Part shown: piece after piece, positions 44,991 to 58,976 of the stretch | Position numbering within the stretch: the stretch's first letter is position 1 | Layout: every line of letters starts with the position of its first letter | Assembly (NCBI RefSeq): GCF_009914755.1 | Contig: NC_060934.1 | Strand: one strand, 5' to 3' | Origin: the human T2T-CHM13v2.0 reference genome, Homo sapiens | Length of the DNA: 64,000 nt | Position numbers and translations under genes: made by a program | Notes under the pieces: generated by a model | Database searches by the model: none | What the model saw: only the letters and a program-made list of their open reading frames with translations | Told to the model about the DNA's origin: nothing

Positions 44991-46461
44991 CAATTTCCAG
45001 CTGGGATACTTTGACATGGTAGAGGTAGAAGACACTGTTATGTGTCTTACAGCTTAGTGCCTGTGGATACGTTACTCAATATCTGTATACCTTGGTTTAC
45101 TTATCTAAAAAATAGATAGTGAAGACTGTACTACATACTTGAACATAGTTGTTAAAATTAATGGACATTATGGATATAAAAATGCTTTGTAAACTACGTA
45201 AGTACTAGATATTATCATGATGGTGGTTGAATTGCTGCATGATTTTGGGAAAATCATTTCAACTTATTTGAGGATTCTTTTTCAGTTCTATAAATTGAGG
45301 GCTAAATAAGGTAACCTCTAAGTTTCCTTGAAGTACAAAAATGTTCTTGTCTAAAAAATATACTGATGTTCCAATACCACATATATATATACACACACAT
45401 GTGTGTATATATGTGCATATATATATAAACACATTTATGGAAAAGTACTCTTTAATGTGGAAAAAAATGAGAGCTAAACATTAAAAAAATGCACTTTGTA
45501 AGTTCTTATTATCTCAGCTACTCCAAATTTTAGACTTCTACTACAGATTTCTATTTTTCTGTGTCTTATATGCGGAAGTGGTTAGTAATAAATCTTTCAC
45601 TTCTGTAATTAATCTGATCCAAAGAAAAAATAATTTTAATATTTACACAGAAACCCATCTTCTGTATTCCCAAACCTCAGAATAAGGCAGTCATTTCACT
45701 AAATATCCTGCAGCTGGTTCAAAGTATTTTTGCAAAGTTAAAAAACTACATCTTGTTACTCAGATCAAGAGCTGGGTCAAATTCGGGGATAAGAAAAGGC
45801 ATAAGAATCACTTTTATTTGGATTTGCCTATAAATAAAATTGACTTCAAGGAACACCTAGCTGAAATTGAGAAGACCAAGGAAACGGTGGTACAGATTTA
45901 CCAGGAAGATGCCAGGGTTCTTATTTTAATAATGTTGGCCCAAATATCTATTTTATTATGCAAAGTCAGGTAAACAAATAATATGAAATTGATAGAATAG
46001 TATCTTAAAGTTGTTTTCAAATCATTAAGAGATTTAAAGATATAGCTAACTGTACTTAATTAATGTATTTCTAAGTAGTTGACTCAAACACATATTTATC
46101 CCCTAAAAATCTCAGTGACATTGATGTATTATGATACAAAATGACTTGGTTTGAAATATACTCACATGTTTTTATTCCCATTTCTTTGAATAGCTTATAA
46201 TTTGTCCACACTCCATAGACTTTAACAGTTACCTTTTAGGTAGAAGAGCAATAGTAAAAAGTCGGAGGCCAGTTCCTTCCCTCATATTCTCTGGCATCTA
46301 GCCAATTGAAAGTTGACAATGCCACACCATTGGTCTCGCATTTCCGTTTAAAAATTTTGTTTTTCCAGCTTTTTATTTCACCATATTATCATCTTTCTTT
46401 AGTCCTTCTACTCTATTTCAGGGTTTGATATTATAGTGTTTTCCCAACAGTTCTTGAATTT

Positions 46462-46930
46462 AAATGATGGCTCCAGTTCTTTCCCCGTCCCAGTGTTCAC
46501 ACCTTTTGCCCTCCCACTGCAAGTGGGTGGAGTGACTGCCCATCCACTAACACTGGGCTCAGCCAGGTGATTTGCTTTGGCTAAGGGGATTCTCGCTGAC
46601 CTGTCATAAGCAAAGTCTTGAAAAGGGCTTATGCATGTGACTTGCTCTCTGGCACCTCTGCCATCACATGAGAACATCTCTGGGCTTGCCTGCTGGAGGA
46701 TGTGAGAAACGTAGGCAGAGCCAAGTCCCCAGTCATGCCTAGTCCCGCCAGTCATTACATGGATCAGACAATGGCTAGCTGACTCCCAAAGGAGCAAACT
46801 AGTCCAGCCAAGATTAGCAGAGCCACCAAGCCAATCCTCAACATACTCCAGACACATGAGCAATAAACACTGCCGGTGAGAGTTTGTGGTTTGTTACACA
46901 GCATTATTATGGCAATAGATAAGGATACAT
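46462..46930 (+). mobile_element. MLT1 LTR (F/G/H-like)
   Basis: aaatgatggctccagttct...ctgccatcacatgagaacat...ttgttacacagcattattatggcaatagataag. Confidence 0.8.
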
Positions 46931-47274
46931 TAACTAAAGTCCCATTTCTAGACAACTTCCCTTCATGTACATAATTTTTTTAATTAAACAGAATATGAAC
47001 ATACAGCAGCTAGAACAAAAAGACATAGCCATCGTTTCATCAAGCTTTGCAATGATACCAGGAATCTGTTGCACCATTGATACTGAATGGGAAAATGTTT
47101 CACGCCCATGTTGTTTGACAAGGTGGACTTATTGATACTATCATACCTGGAAGGATAAAAACCAGAGGGAGAGTCTGATGCTTTTCTAGCTGAAAAACAA
47201 ATCAGGTAGGTTTCTTATAGAAAAACGGGTTTCATTATTAGTTTGAAGTGCAGTTAGATTGTATAGTTCTTAAG

Positions 47275-47447
47275 CAGCGCTTCCCATCCCTAGTTGCATA
47301 TTAGAAGCACTGGGGGATTTTTCTAAAAATATTCATGCCTACGCCCCATCACAGACCAACTGAATTACCACCTCTGGGAAGGAGGCCCAGACTTATATAT
47401 TGTTTAACAGCTCTCCCAGGTGTTCTAATGCACAGTCTGGGCTGGCA
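47275..47447. mobile_element. MER5A/B
   Basis: gcatattagaagcactgggg...ttaacagctctcccaggtgttctaatgcacag. Confidence 0.7.
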
Positions 47448-47868
47448 GATGCTATTATAAGACAAACAATTCCATTCTATAGGAGATAGTTCTAAACATT
47501 TCAATCTGACCTCAAAAAGAAGGCTTGTTACCAAAAAAAATAGCACTGAGTCACTTCTGTGGTACGAGGCCTTTTCTTCCAACATGGGTAGAAACATAGT
47601 CAAGCTAAATATCTTGCGATCATTCTCAGTATTATCTTAATACAGTGCAGCACATAGTTTGACAATCTCTTAACCTTCCAAATCTTCTCTTGACAACTGC
47701 TCTTTAGAAATCCCAGCCTCTGCTTCCCCTAAGAATCTACCAACCAGAGCTGAAACAAAGAAGAGTACAATACCTCTAGAATTCAACAGTTGAAACCAAG
47801 ACTGCTACTAGGATAAGAATTCTAGCTCCAAATTCAAATAGTCCTGGGTTCAAAATCTGGCTTTTGTT

Positions 47869-47911
47869 ATAGGTTGGTGCAAAAGTAACTGCGGCTTTTG
47901 AAATTACTTTT
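47869..47911 (+). mobile_element. Half MADE1 (mariner MITE) inside a MIR (~47820-48060)
   Basis: taggttggtgcaaaagtaactgcggcttttg matches one MADE1 TIR. Confidence 0.75.
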
Positions 47912-48356
47912 ACTATTTACTAATTTTAGTTTCATTATTTTTACATGGGTCTAATAATGCTCACTTATTCATGAGGCCATTGGCATATTAAATAACATAA
48001 TGCAGAAAAGTACCCTACACAGTTCACGGCACATAGTAGCACTCAGTAAATGCTAGCTGTAATAAGGATAGTAGTTGCTTTAAGACAATTATAAGGTAAT
48101 TCATTCCATTCTAGTTATGGGGCAGCGTTTTATTCTATTTAGACCATTATGTATTTTCTCAGAACTTCCAATGTCACTACTTTTCTTTTTTTGGAGTAAT
48201 ATGGAATAAACTTAATCTCTCTTCTAAATGCAGAGGCTTCGACTATTCCTAGAGATGTATCATGTTTTTTATTTTGGACACATTTTCTCCTTTCCGCTTT
48301 CTTTTAGTAGATTACCTCTGCTTCATTGCATGTGGTCTTAAGCAAAAAGACAAGCC

Positions 48357-48738
48357 AAGCTTATTTGTTTGCTAGGTAAGCAAAGTACAATAGACTGGGT
48401 GGTTTAGCCAATCGGAATCTGTCTTCTCACAGTTCTGGAGTCTGGAAGTCTGAGATCAAGGTGTCAGCAAGGTTGGTTTCTTCTGTGGCCGCTCTCCTTG
48501 GCTTGCAGATGGCCATTTGAATTCACGTTCACCTGGCCTTCTCCTGCTGTGTGTGTCTGTGACCAAATTTTCTCTTCTCATAAGAATGCCAGTAGGATTA
48601 GTGACCACCTAAATGACCTCATTTTAGCTTAATTACTCCTTTAAAGACCCAATCTCTGCATATAGTCACATTCTGAGGTTCTGGTTATTAGGACATTAAA
48701 GGACAAATTTGGGAGGGCACAATTTAGCCCATGACATC
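48357..48738 (-). mobile_element. MLT1B/C LTR
   Basis: ttctcacagttctggagtctggaagtctgagatcaaggtgtcagca...cacaatttagcccatgaca. Confidence 0.85.
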
Positions 48739-49297
48739 AACCTTCAGAGTCTCCTCCTAGGAGGCTGAAGATCTTAGAGCACAGTGATGAGGACAGAACA
48801 TGCCAAGGGCTGAGTCATAATGGCAGGGCTGTTCTAAGGGTCTTTTCCCAGGGCTACCTTGCCATGACTTCTGTCCTTCTGACACCTGCTCCTTTTGCTT
48901 ATTTTTGTATGAGCAACCCCCATATCATTGTGATAAATTCCCTTCTTTTTCCCTTTGAGCTAGCCAGAGTCCATTTCTGTTGTTTGCAATAAACAAAAAC
49001 TCTGATGCATAGCCTTAATTGTGTTCCCAAATGTGGGCTCTTAGACAACTGGTGCTGGAAGCCAGGAGCACACCTTGGATGTCCTTGGTACAAGAACTGC
49101 CAGGTTTCCATTTGGTTAGACCTAAAGAAAACTCTAATTGTATATGCATGCATGCTAGCAGATATTCTGCTTTACAATTGCATTAAATTATATGTTTACT
49201 ATTAATCTGTTCAAGGAATATGTACCGTGAAAGTATTAGGAGAAAGTATTCCATCATTTTGATTTTTTTCTTGTTCTGTTTGTTACTGATAACATTT

Positions 49298-49660
49298 TGA
49301 TATTGTTTGGCTGTGTCCCCACCCAAATCTCATCTTGAATTGTAGCTCCCATAATCCCCATGTGTTGTGGGAGAGACTCAGTGGGAGGTAATTAAATCAC
49401 GGGAGTAGGTTTTTCCTGTGCTGTTCTAGTGATAGTGAATAAATCTCATGAGAGTTGATGGTTTTATAAAGGGCTGTTCCCTACACTTCTCCTTGCTGCC
49501 CCCATGTGGAGAAGGACATGTTTCCTTCCCCTTCCACCATGATTGTAAGTTTCCTGAGGCCTCCCCAGCCCCATGGAACTGTGAGTCAATTAAACTCCTT
49601 TCCTTTATAAATTCCTCAGTCTTGGCTATGTCTTTATAAACAGTGTGAGAATGGACTAAT
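49298..49660 (+). mobile_element. THE1 solo LTR
   Basis: tgatattgtttggctgtgtccccacccaaatctcatc...gagaatggactaat. Confidence 0.92.
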
Positions 49661-49839
49661 TTGCCCTTATTAGAGACAAAGGATTTTTTTGTTAACTATT
49701 GTGATCCATGATAAAGATCAGAAAAAAAGTTGAATTGGAAACAGTTGTGATGGAACACAAGCACTGTATATAAGACAGGTGCTACTTGGGAATAAAAGGT
49801 GACAACTGAAAGTCAAACCCATTATACTTAATTCACAGG

Positions 49840-50260
49840 AAATAGTTGCTGGCTCTGGCAGAGACTGCTGATTGCACTCAAGAGCCATTCTTCCTTTCTT
49901 TTATGGTATTAGACTATTTTAGCTGGGCGCATGGCCACTCAGAATAAAGGCGACATTTCCCAGCATCTCTTGTAGGTAAGTGTGGCCTATGAATGTGCCC
50001 TAATGGGTAGGAGATGTGTAAAACCCTCCCTTTCCGTTTTCTTCCTTGCCACATAATCACGGGTCTTGTGAGCTGTTGTGGAATATTGCAGACAAGCAAC
50101 ATGCTAGAATGGCACTAGACCAAAAGAGAAGGAGCATGGACACCTGACAATTTTACGGAACAGCTTGGAAGTTTATGAGATGGAGAGAAATAAGCTTCTC
50201 TCTTGTTCCAGGCTCTGTATTCTGGTTTGACCTGCAGCAGTACTTATGGCTTAATTGATA
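49840..50260 (+). mobile_element. Old MLT1 (J-like) LTR
   Basis: gacatttcccagcatctcttgtaggtaagtgtggcc...gagagaaataagcttctctcttg. Confidence 0.65.
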
Positions 50261-50587
50261 TAGTAACCATTAACATACTTCCCGCTCTTGATTAAACTTG
50301 CGATCATGCTGGAAAATAGGAATATAATCAGGTAATATCCAGTGGTCCTAAGCTGTATTCTGTGTGCTCAGTGAACAAATGAACAATATGTATAATAATC
50401 AGCTCTATCACATGTTTAAAGTGAGAGAAAAGGCCTCAATTTAATGAGAAATGTTACATCATATATTTCAGTTTCGCTAAAAAAGTGCCAGCAAAGAACA
50501 TCTCCAAGATTCCAAGTGACTTGCTAAAGTAGCATGTATTGGAAGTATATTTGGTTTTGTTACTTGCTTGATTCTAATGCATTAGAG

Positions 50588-50630
50588 CAAAAACAAAACA
50601 AAACAAAACAAAAAACAAACAAACAAAAAA
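50588..50630. repeat. (CAAAA)n/(CAAA)n
   Basis: Read directly. Confidence 0.9.
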
Positions 50631-51255
50631 ATCCCTTGATTTCAACATTGGAGAGGACTTTTTAAGACAATCAAACTGTGTGGAAACAGCTCTGTCACTG
50701 TGTGTATGACTCTTTTTAACACCAAATCTCAAATTTCTTCCTTCTTTAGAGAAAAAATAATAATAACATCATATTGAGCATATTATAAAACCACATGCAT
50801 ATGGTGTTAACAGAAATTATAGAACGCTCTCTGGAGTCAAATGCAATCAAAGAACGGAAAACATTTACCCCACCTCCCAACTCAAAGCATACAAGAGTTC
50901 AGCTTTAGAGTGTATAGCAGTCTTCAATTGGAAATTTCTTCCTAGCTTCAATCCAAATACCCAGAACCATTTGTCAGAGCCATAAAACATTTTCTTCCAG
51001 CTCTGATGATTTATAACGTGAGTTAGAATTTTCTTATCTAGTAGAATAAAGAAGAAAAAATAAAAGCATTTGGATATGGAAACTGATCTAATGCTTTAGC
51101 TATCCATTTTTGAGATGCATGTAGATTTTTGGTAAAAAGATTGCAAAGGTCAAAATTCCTCTAAAAATTACGTGTTTTTTTCTTTAAAAATCTTCCTAGA
51201 TCCTTTTTTATTCTCTTCCTCTTTATTCCTTTTCTTTCTTTCTTTCATTCTTTAA

Positions 51256-51402
<147 letters not shown>

Positions 51403-51538
51403 TAAAATGTACTTACAATGGATGGTCCCTGTGTACAGTGGAGTTTCAATAAAAGGATTTTATATTCCAAAAGTTAAAGAAAAAATACTCTTTAAGTTAC
51501 CTTTTCTCCAGGGTTTGCAGGCTCAGAATCCTTAGGGT

Positions 51539-51708
51539 CAGGGTTCTCAACTGGGGTCCAGGAGTGAATTTATGGATCCATGAGTCAACTGAAATTATAG
51601 TCAAAATTTTGAGGGTTATATGCTTTGTTTTGTATTTTTGGATACAGATCCATACTTTTCATCAAATGCACATAAGGATCTATAACCCCAAAATAGGTTA
51701 AGCATCTA
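51539..51708. mobile_element. hAT-Charlie MITE (MER103C-like)
   Basis: cagggttctcaactggggtcc...tataaccccaaaataggttaag. Confidence 0.55.
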
Positions 51709-53686
51709 TAAGGTACTGAATAATAGATACTAAATAAGAGTGTCTATTATTGGAAGTTAATATAGCATTGGAAGATTAAAGCAGCTTACTCCAATTGGAA
51801 AGGCAAAAGGAGAACATCTGTTGTAACAGTCCATGGTTTTCAAAACCTTGTTATTTTTTCCTCAGTTCTACAGTCTTGCCTCCCCTCTGTGACTGTGAGG
51901 CCAGAGTCTTGCAAAAGCTGCCCAATGGAGAGTATCATTCAAGACTGCAGTACGAGTTTGATGTTTACTGCATCAGTTTCCAAGTCCGGCTGTAAATATA
52001 CTATAGTTGAGAGATGGAGCACTATAATCTGTTTGAGCTTGAAAAAACAGTGATGCATAGATAAATACTTTGAACTGTTTGCTTGTTTAAGGAGAAATCT
52101 ATTTCAAGATTTGATTACCACGAAGTCAGACAACTTTTTCATCACTAAGTCCTTTCAATTCCATATCATGTGTTTCAAATTTTGTCTGCATAACTTATTT
52201 TTGTTCTACTTTTCTGTCAAAAACAATGTGGAAATCCCAGGTTATATAATTGAGGTCTTGGAGAGGCAATATACATCTAGCCAACCAAAATAAAATGAAA
52301 GCTATTATCATGAAACATGCTTAAGGAAGTCTATCCTTTGTTCGGTTAAGAGTGCCAACATTTGTGATCTTAGGATGAAGTCGAAAGGAACTAAAATGGG
52401 TTTTCCTTAATGCAACCATGTGCAAAATCGTTCTTTACCGTAACAGATGATCTGTAAAAATATTTGTGCATTTTAACTACTCATGACAAGAAATCAACTT
52501 GAAATAAAATAATAATGTATTATTTGTATAATAAACCTGGAAGCAGAAATCATTCTATTCATCTTTCTTATTTGGATTTACTATCATCCCTATTAGCCAA
52601 ATCAAATGAAAAGCTCTCTACAAACTCTCTCTACACAGGGCAGGCAGTGAAATGTTCATTTCTTCCTCCCTCCTTTGAATCAAGTTGAGCATGCAATTCA
52701 TTAGAGTAAATGGTAAAAGAGAAATTTTGCATAGCTTTCGATTTTGAAATTCACAAAAGCGGATGTTCTAGCAATAAGAGGTTACTAATACGCAGAGTTG
52801 TGAAGCTAGTGGCAGAGTCCACAAGGAGATGGCCAGGTTAGCAATACTTGGAGCAATTTAGATTCCTCTGTGGAGTGGCCAGAGAGGGCAATAAGAAACT
52901 CCTCTGAGAGCTACCTTACTAGCATAAGGAAAATGTTCCCCTGTGGAGTGGTAGTGTAGAAAGGCTGACCGTTACTGCTCTGGCTATTTGAATAAAATTG
53001 CCACAAAAATGCTTAATAAGGAGAAAATAAATGGCATATGGACTCTAACTGAGACTTCATGAAAACACTCAAGGAAAGAAAGAACAGAGGGCAGTCTTCC
53101 CAAAATACATGGAAGAAGTATAATGTTTTCTTAAATTTTCTGTCAATGTCAAAGTTTTGGATGGAAATATGTTATTAGAAAAAAGACTAGCCCCAGTTGT
53201 CTCAGAAAGAATTTTCCCTGCAAATAATCCTGCATTCATTTTTAATATGTAGGGTTTATATTGCCAATCAGTTCTGTTTTACAATTTTCAGTATGGTTTC
53301 TTTTTTGACCCATGAATTATTTAGAAGTGGGTTTTTAAATTTCTAAATGTATTCATTTCATGGCTATCTTTAGCTATTGATTTCATTTGTAGTTTTACTG
53401 CTGTGATTTTTTACTGAGTTGCGCTTTGTGGTCAAGTATGTGATCAACTTTTATAGATATTCAACATGTGCTTGAAAATATGTATTTAATATTTTTTGTT
53501 TGTAGCACTGTATACATACACAGTATATATATACACACACACGTATCAATTACATCAAGCTTAATAATTCTGCCGTTCATAATTTCTCAATTCTTATTAA
53601 GTTTTCTTCTGCTCAATGTCCTTGGAAAAAGTATGTTAAAAATCTTCCACTATGACCTAAAATTATATAAAATTATTTATATTGCC

Positions 53687-53945
53687 AGCTGGGTGCGGTG
53701 GCTCACGCCTGTAATTCCAGCACTTTGGGAAGCTGAGGTGGGCGGATCACCTGAGGTCAGGAGTTCAAGACCAGCCTGGCTAATATGGTGAAACCCCATT
53801 TCTACCAAAAATACAAAAATTAGCTAGGTGTGGTGGTGCACTACTTGGGAGTATGAGGCACGAGAATTGCTTGAACCCGGGAGAAGTTGCAGTGAGCCAA
53901 GATCGCACCAGAGCACAGTCTGGGTGACAGAAAGAGACTCTGTCT

Positions 53946-53995
<50 letters not shown>

Positions 53996-53997
53996 TA
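53687..53997 (+). mobile_element. AluS with long A tail and (AT)n, inside an old L1 fragment (~53300-54190)
   Basis: Sense Alu with an internal deletion; A33 then (AT)n. Confidence 0.92.
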
Positions 53998-56900
53998 AAA
54001 CCTTATATTTCTGCTTGCTTTTTGCTTCATGTATTTTGAAGCTATATTTTTAGATGAATACAGCATCAGAATAATTTGTCTTCCTGGTGAATCTATCATT
54101 AAGTAAAGCAGCCCTTGATCCTTACTTAATGCCTTTATGTCCTTAAGTCAGTTTAGTATACATCAGCTTTCTTTTTGTCAATATCGATCTGGTGTTGTGA
54201 TCATCACCACTTGCCTGGCTAGAATCCATTTATTCCCCTTCCTTCCTAAACCTCAGATTTGTTTCGGTAGCCACTTCTTTCCCAAATAGCTAAGTGTCTC
54301 AGGCGAAGATTTGATTGGTCAAAGGATGACTCCACTATGCTTTCCAGTTGAATGTTTATTGGGCATGAGGTCCAATCCTGGCCAAAAGGAAGTGTGCTGG
54401 TAGCTAGGTAGCCTCTGGGAAAGTTTCCTTTTTCTGAGCAAGAGCCAGGGTCTCTTATCTCCTCCTGAATATTGCTATTTCTGCTATGACACTCGAAATT
54501 GCTGCAGCTGTATTACTACAAGCCAAAAAAATGAAACCAACATAGAGGATGTCAGAGGAGAGAGAAGGAAAGAACTCAAGTCTTTCATGCAACCATTACC
54601 TAATTGATTTTTGCATAGCCTTTTTATTTTTATGTGTAGCTTTTCTTTTAGAGCCTTGCTTAAACTGAATAAAATTGAGTTGCTTTGGACCTAAATACAG
54701 AGGGTTGTTTTTTTGACCTCTTAAGAGGTGCATTCATTCATTTGCATTCATTTAATAATATATTTGCTCTTCCGTTCTCGTATTTTGCTATTTTCAACTT
54801 CCTTGCAGTTTCTTTTGCTTTCAACCTTTTGTTATACATATTTGATTTGCTTTTTTCTTATGATTTTTGAAAATTATAATCTTCATTCTGCAACAGTTGC
54901 CTTTAAAAATAAGATTTTTGATGTTCAATGACATTTTTGTAAAAATGAAAATTGATGCAATCTAAATATTGGCAAGAATTAAATTATTATGCATACAAAT
55001 AATGAAATGTTTATAAGCAATTGAAGTGGTAATATTGATATTCACCTGGAAAAACTTTCAAGTCATGCTGCTAGATGATAAAAGCAGTTTGTAAAACTGT
55101 ATTTACAGTTGACCCTTCATGACTTCCTTTAGTCTGTTTCCATTCCCGTTATATTTAGCAGAAATTTTGTTACGTTTCTGGTATGTAAATGCCACCTTTT
55201 ACTATTTTCCACAGCTAGTTCAGGCTTTCTCTAATTTTTATATTCCTTTAGTCATATCATTGGCCTGAGTGGTGGCATGAGAATTAGAGTTTCTATCTTT
55301 CCTGTAAGCCTTTGTTTTTCTTTATAAATCAACGTTGTGATTCATTCCTTCCTTCCTTCAATAAATGTTAATGACTACCTACTAAGTGCCAGATATTTAA
55401 ATCTAACTGTAAGGATAGATGTTTAAGCCTACACATTATGTAATCTGTAAACTAAAAATAACAAAAGGAAGAGACTGGAAGATAGGAGTATCTAGAAAAT
55501 AAACACCCAGTAGGGTAGCTTTGACCATGAATGAATAGCAGAGATAGTCTCTCATGCATGCATTTGCTGAGTTTCCACTGAATCGGTTCAGTAACCAGAA
55601 GAAAGTTCAAGGAAAGCGTAAAAGATATTAGCAAGTCTGAAGTTATTTTTAATGTGAATCTTAGTAACTTATGAAGAAAAAGTTATACCACTTCAATACC
55701 TTGGAAACCCAATGCCTTATTTATCATCTGTTTGTGTCTCCTCTGTAAAATGTGGTAATAAATACTAACCTCCTAGGTCTAGCCTGAGCATTGAGTGAAA
55801 ACTAGTAAAATGAGGTAATAATGATGTTGTTATATAATAATCTTGCATATTACATATATAATATTGATATATTAGATGTGTCAGACACTGTTGTTCTTAC
55901 TTTTTATATGTTAACTTCTTTTATCCTCATGACACCCTATGAAGTAGGTGTAATTATACTTACTTTGCAGATGAGGTTTTGAGGTTCACTCTAGTCATTT
56001 CTTCTAAGAGATAAAAATGTTTTTCTAGAAATTTCAAAGACATCAATGGTAGTAATTATAGAGAAAAAAATGGAAATTATCCTTTATAGAGCAAAAACCT
56101 TTTTTGTTCATTTAAGAGCATAAAAATGTGTCTGGACATTTATTCTAACCAATTAAATTTCATTGAAATTAAAATTAAATTTATGCAGATGATAATTACA
56201 CATGGAATAATTTAATTTACTTTGAAATGTTTTCAGCTTTATCATGAAGTGAGGTGTAAGCACAAGAATGTTTGACCTTTCAAAGATCCAACGTGAGAGA
56301 AGGGTATTCACATTCCTACAAATTTAGAGATTACAGTAAGTTAGAGAGAAGATGACTGCAGAGCGGCTATTCATGCTTTTAATACACAGAGCTGGTGCTT
56401 TTCTTTCGGGCAGATGTGGGATACAGCCAGGCTGACACTCATGCCCTGAGAATGTTGTCTAACCTGCCATGGTTTGCTACATGTTAACCTTGTTTCTGAT
56501 TACTTGCCTATATAGTCACCCAAACCAGAAGAGAATGTAACAGTGAGTCCATTTCTGCTCAGACTACCTGAGGCATTTTACTGGCTTCCTGCACAGGCAC
56601 CCCATTAAGTATCAGCCCTGTGGGTTGGATGACATGGATCCCACCATGTTCCAGTCTACACATGACCCAAGCAAGTCAGCATAAATCCATCTCCTTACTA
56701 GTGCCTGGTTCTCCAGGGATGAACACATCTAGGACTCAGCCAATCCACATGGTAATGACCTGAGTCAGTTCAATCCATGTGAAGCCCAGGCAGTTTGCTT
56801 TGTGGTTGGGGGAAAAGAAACTCCTCTGAACAGTGGGATGTGAGGATATGAGATTTGGAGTTGCTGCGCCATTTTGCAACCATGAGGGAAGCCAGCTGAG

Positions 56901-57035
56901 AATGAAGCCAAGGTACAGAAAAGGGCAAAGCCAAGATAATTTCAGACAAATAGAATTCAAACCTCGATCAAACTTTACCTAAAGATCACTCTATCTTTAG
57001 ACTTTTTGTTTACATGAATCAACAAATTCCCATTA

Positions 57036-57356
<321 letters not shown>

Positions 57357-58589
57357 GTAGCCATTTGAGTTAAGGTTTTGCTATTTGCAATCAAAAACAT
57401 TTTAGTCGATGCTGATTATGGAGCCAGGCAACAGGCCAGCAGAGAAATACTGTATGTGAAATCCAGGGCTCGTTGTTTAGCCAAATGGTAACATGGTCAG
57501 GAATAACTTGGATTTTATTAATGCAGTTGATTAACAGCTTCCTGATGTCTTTTATGTCTACCCACACTGCAGTGTCTTTCTCACTTTTGATGTGGTCCCT
57601 GCACCTCCCGGTCCCTTCTTTTTGTTCTTCTTTGGTGATCTGGCTGGACATCATTTCACGGTTCTCTAATTTGCCTTTCAGAACTTTGCACAGTTCTGTC
57701 TTGCCAGTTTGGCACCCTGTTCCCTGTCCTGCACTTCCCATACAGTTTGTTCACCTGCCAGCATTGTTTGTTTAAAGAGTATCCATCTCTTCTGGATGGC
57801 TTTCTTCCCATTAGGTTTTCCAAAATATGTATTTATTTATTTTACCAGTGCCCTAAACTTATTGAAATTTGCTTTCCCCAAATTATTTTTTCCTCATCAG
57901 TTTCTTTCCTTTTCCTTAGGAAAGGAACGCTGTGCCTTTTTTTCCCCTTTATATATTACTTTCACGGAAGGTTCAATCCTCTTTTAGTTCTCTATTAATT
58001 CTGCCATTATTGAAAATGGAGTTAGAAAGGATCTTTGTCTTATGATGTATTTTGTAACAAGTAATTATCTCCAGTGTACTTAAAAATCAGTTTCACAGTT
58101 GGTGGCTGACCCATTTTCTTCAGCAAATTTCAGGGTAGCTAGAAACCTGTCTAAACATACCACATTGGGGTGTTAGGATACTTGTCCTCATGTAATTTTG
58201 GGTGGGATATACTAAAATAAAGCAGGAGTAAATATACATTTATATCATTTGCTTATCTTAAAGTCCCTATAATAAAAGTTTTGAAGATAAAAAATTATTA
58301 CCCAGGAGCAAAACCCAGGAGCAAAAACAATTACTTTCGTTTCTTACAACTCTCCCTGTTCCCAAAACACACTCACATACTGATATTATTTTCTTGTGAT
58401 CTTGGGAAGAAAAACCCTAGAAGTTTAAGAGGTGGCTGCAAAGTTCTTCCAAGAGGAAAGAAATGTATTTTAAGTAAAAACAACTTAAGGACTATTTTGA
58501 TAGTGGAAACACAAGCCCTTGCATTTGTCCTATATATTTCCCCCACCCATCCCTCCCCCATATACACATCTCTTCACAAGATGACTTTG

Positions 58590-58976
58590 TAGCCCCCTAT
58601 CAAGGGGAGACCTTGTAACTTGCTTTGACCAATGGAATGCAGCAGAAGAAATGATGTACCAATGGTCCCTAGGCTTCAAGGATCCTTACATGCTTTTGGG
58701 TGTTCTCTTGAAACTGAGTGCAACCTCCATAAGCCTGGGTTTGCCTCCTGGAAGACAAGAGACTGCGTAGAGCGCATTCAAGTCATCCCAGTTGTCCCAG
58801 CTGAGGCCCCAGACAAGTGAAAGCCCGGCTGAAACAGCAAAGTCAACCTACAGGTGACAGCAGATGCATGCAGGCGCCCACCTGAGCCCAGTCCAAATTG
58901 CTGACCAGTGGAATCACATGCTCAACAAATGGCTGTTGGCAATGGTTTGTTAAGCAGCAAAAGCGAATAGATACAG
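58590..58976 (+). mobile_element. MLT1 LTR fragment
   Basis: ccttgtaacttgctttgaccaatggaatg...cagctgaggccccagaca...tttgttaagcagcaaaag. Confidence 0.7.

Noticed and set aside
57391-57775. 116-aa minus and 100-aa plus ORFs as a possible processed pseudogene
   Set aside because: No recognisable parent protein, poly-A tail or TSD; a blastx search would settle it.
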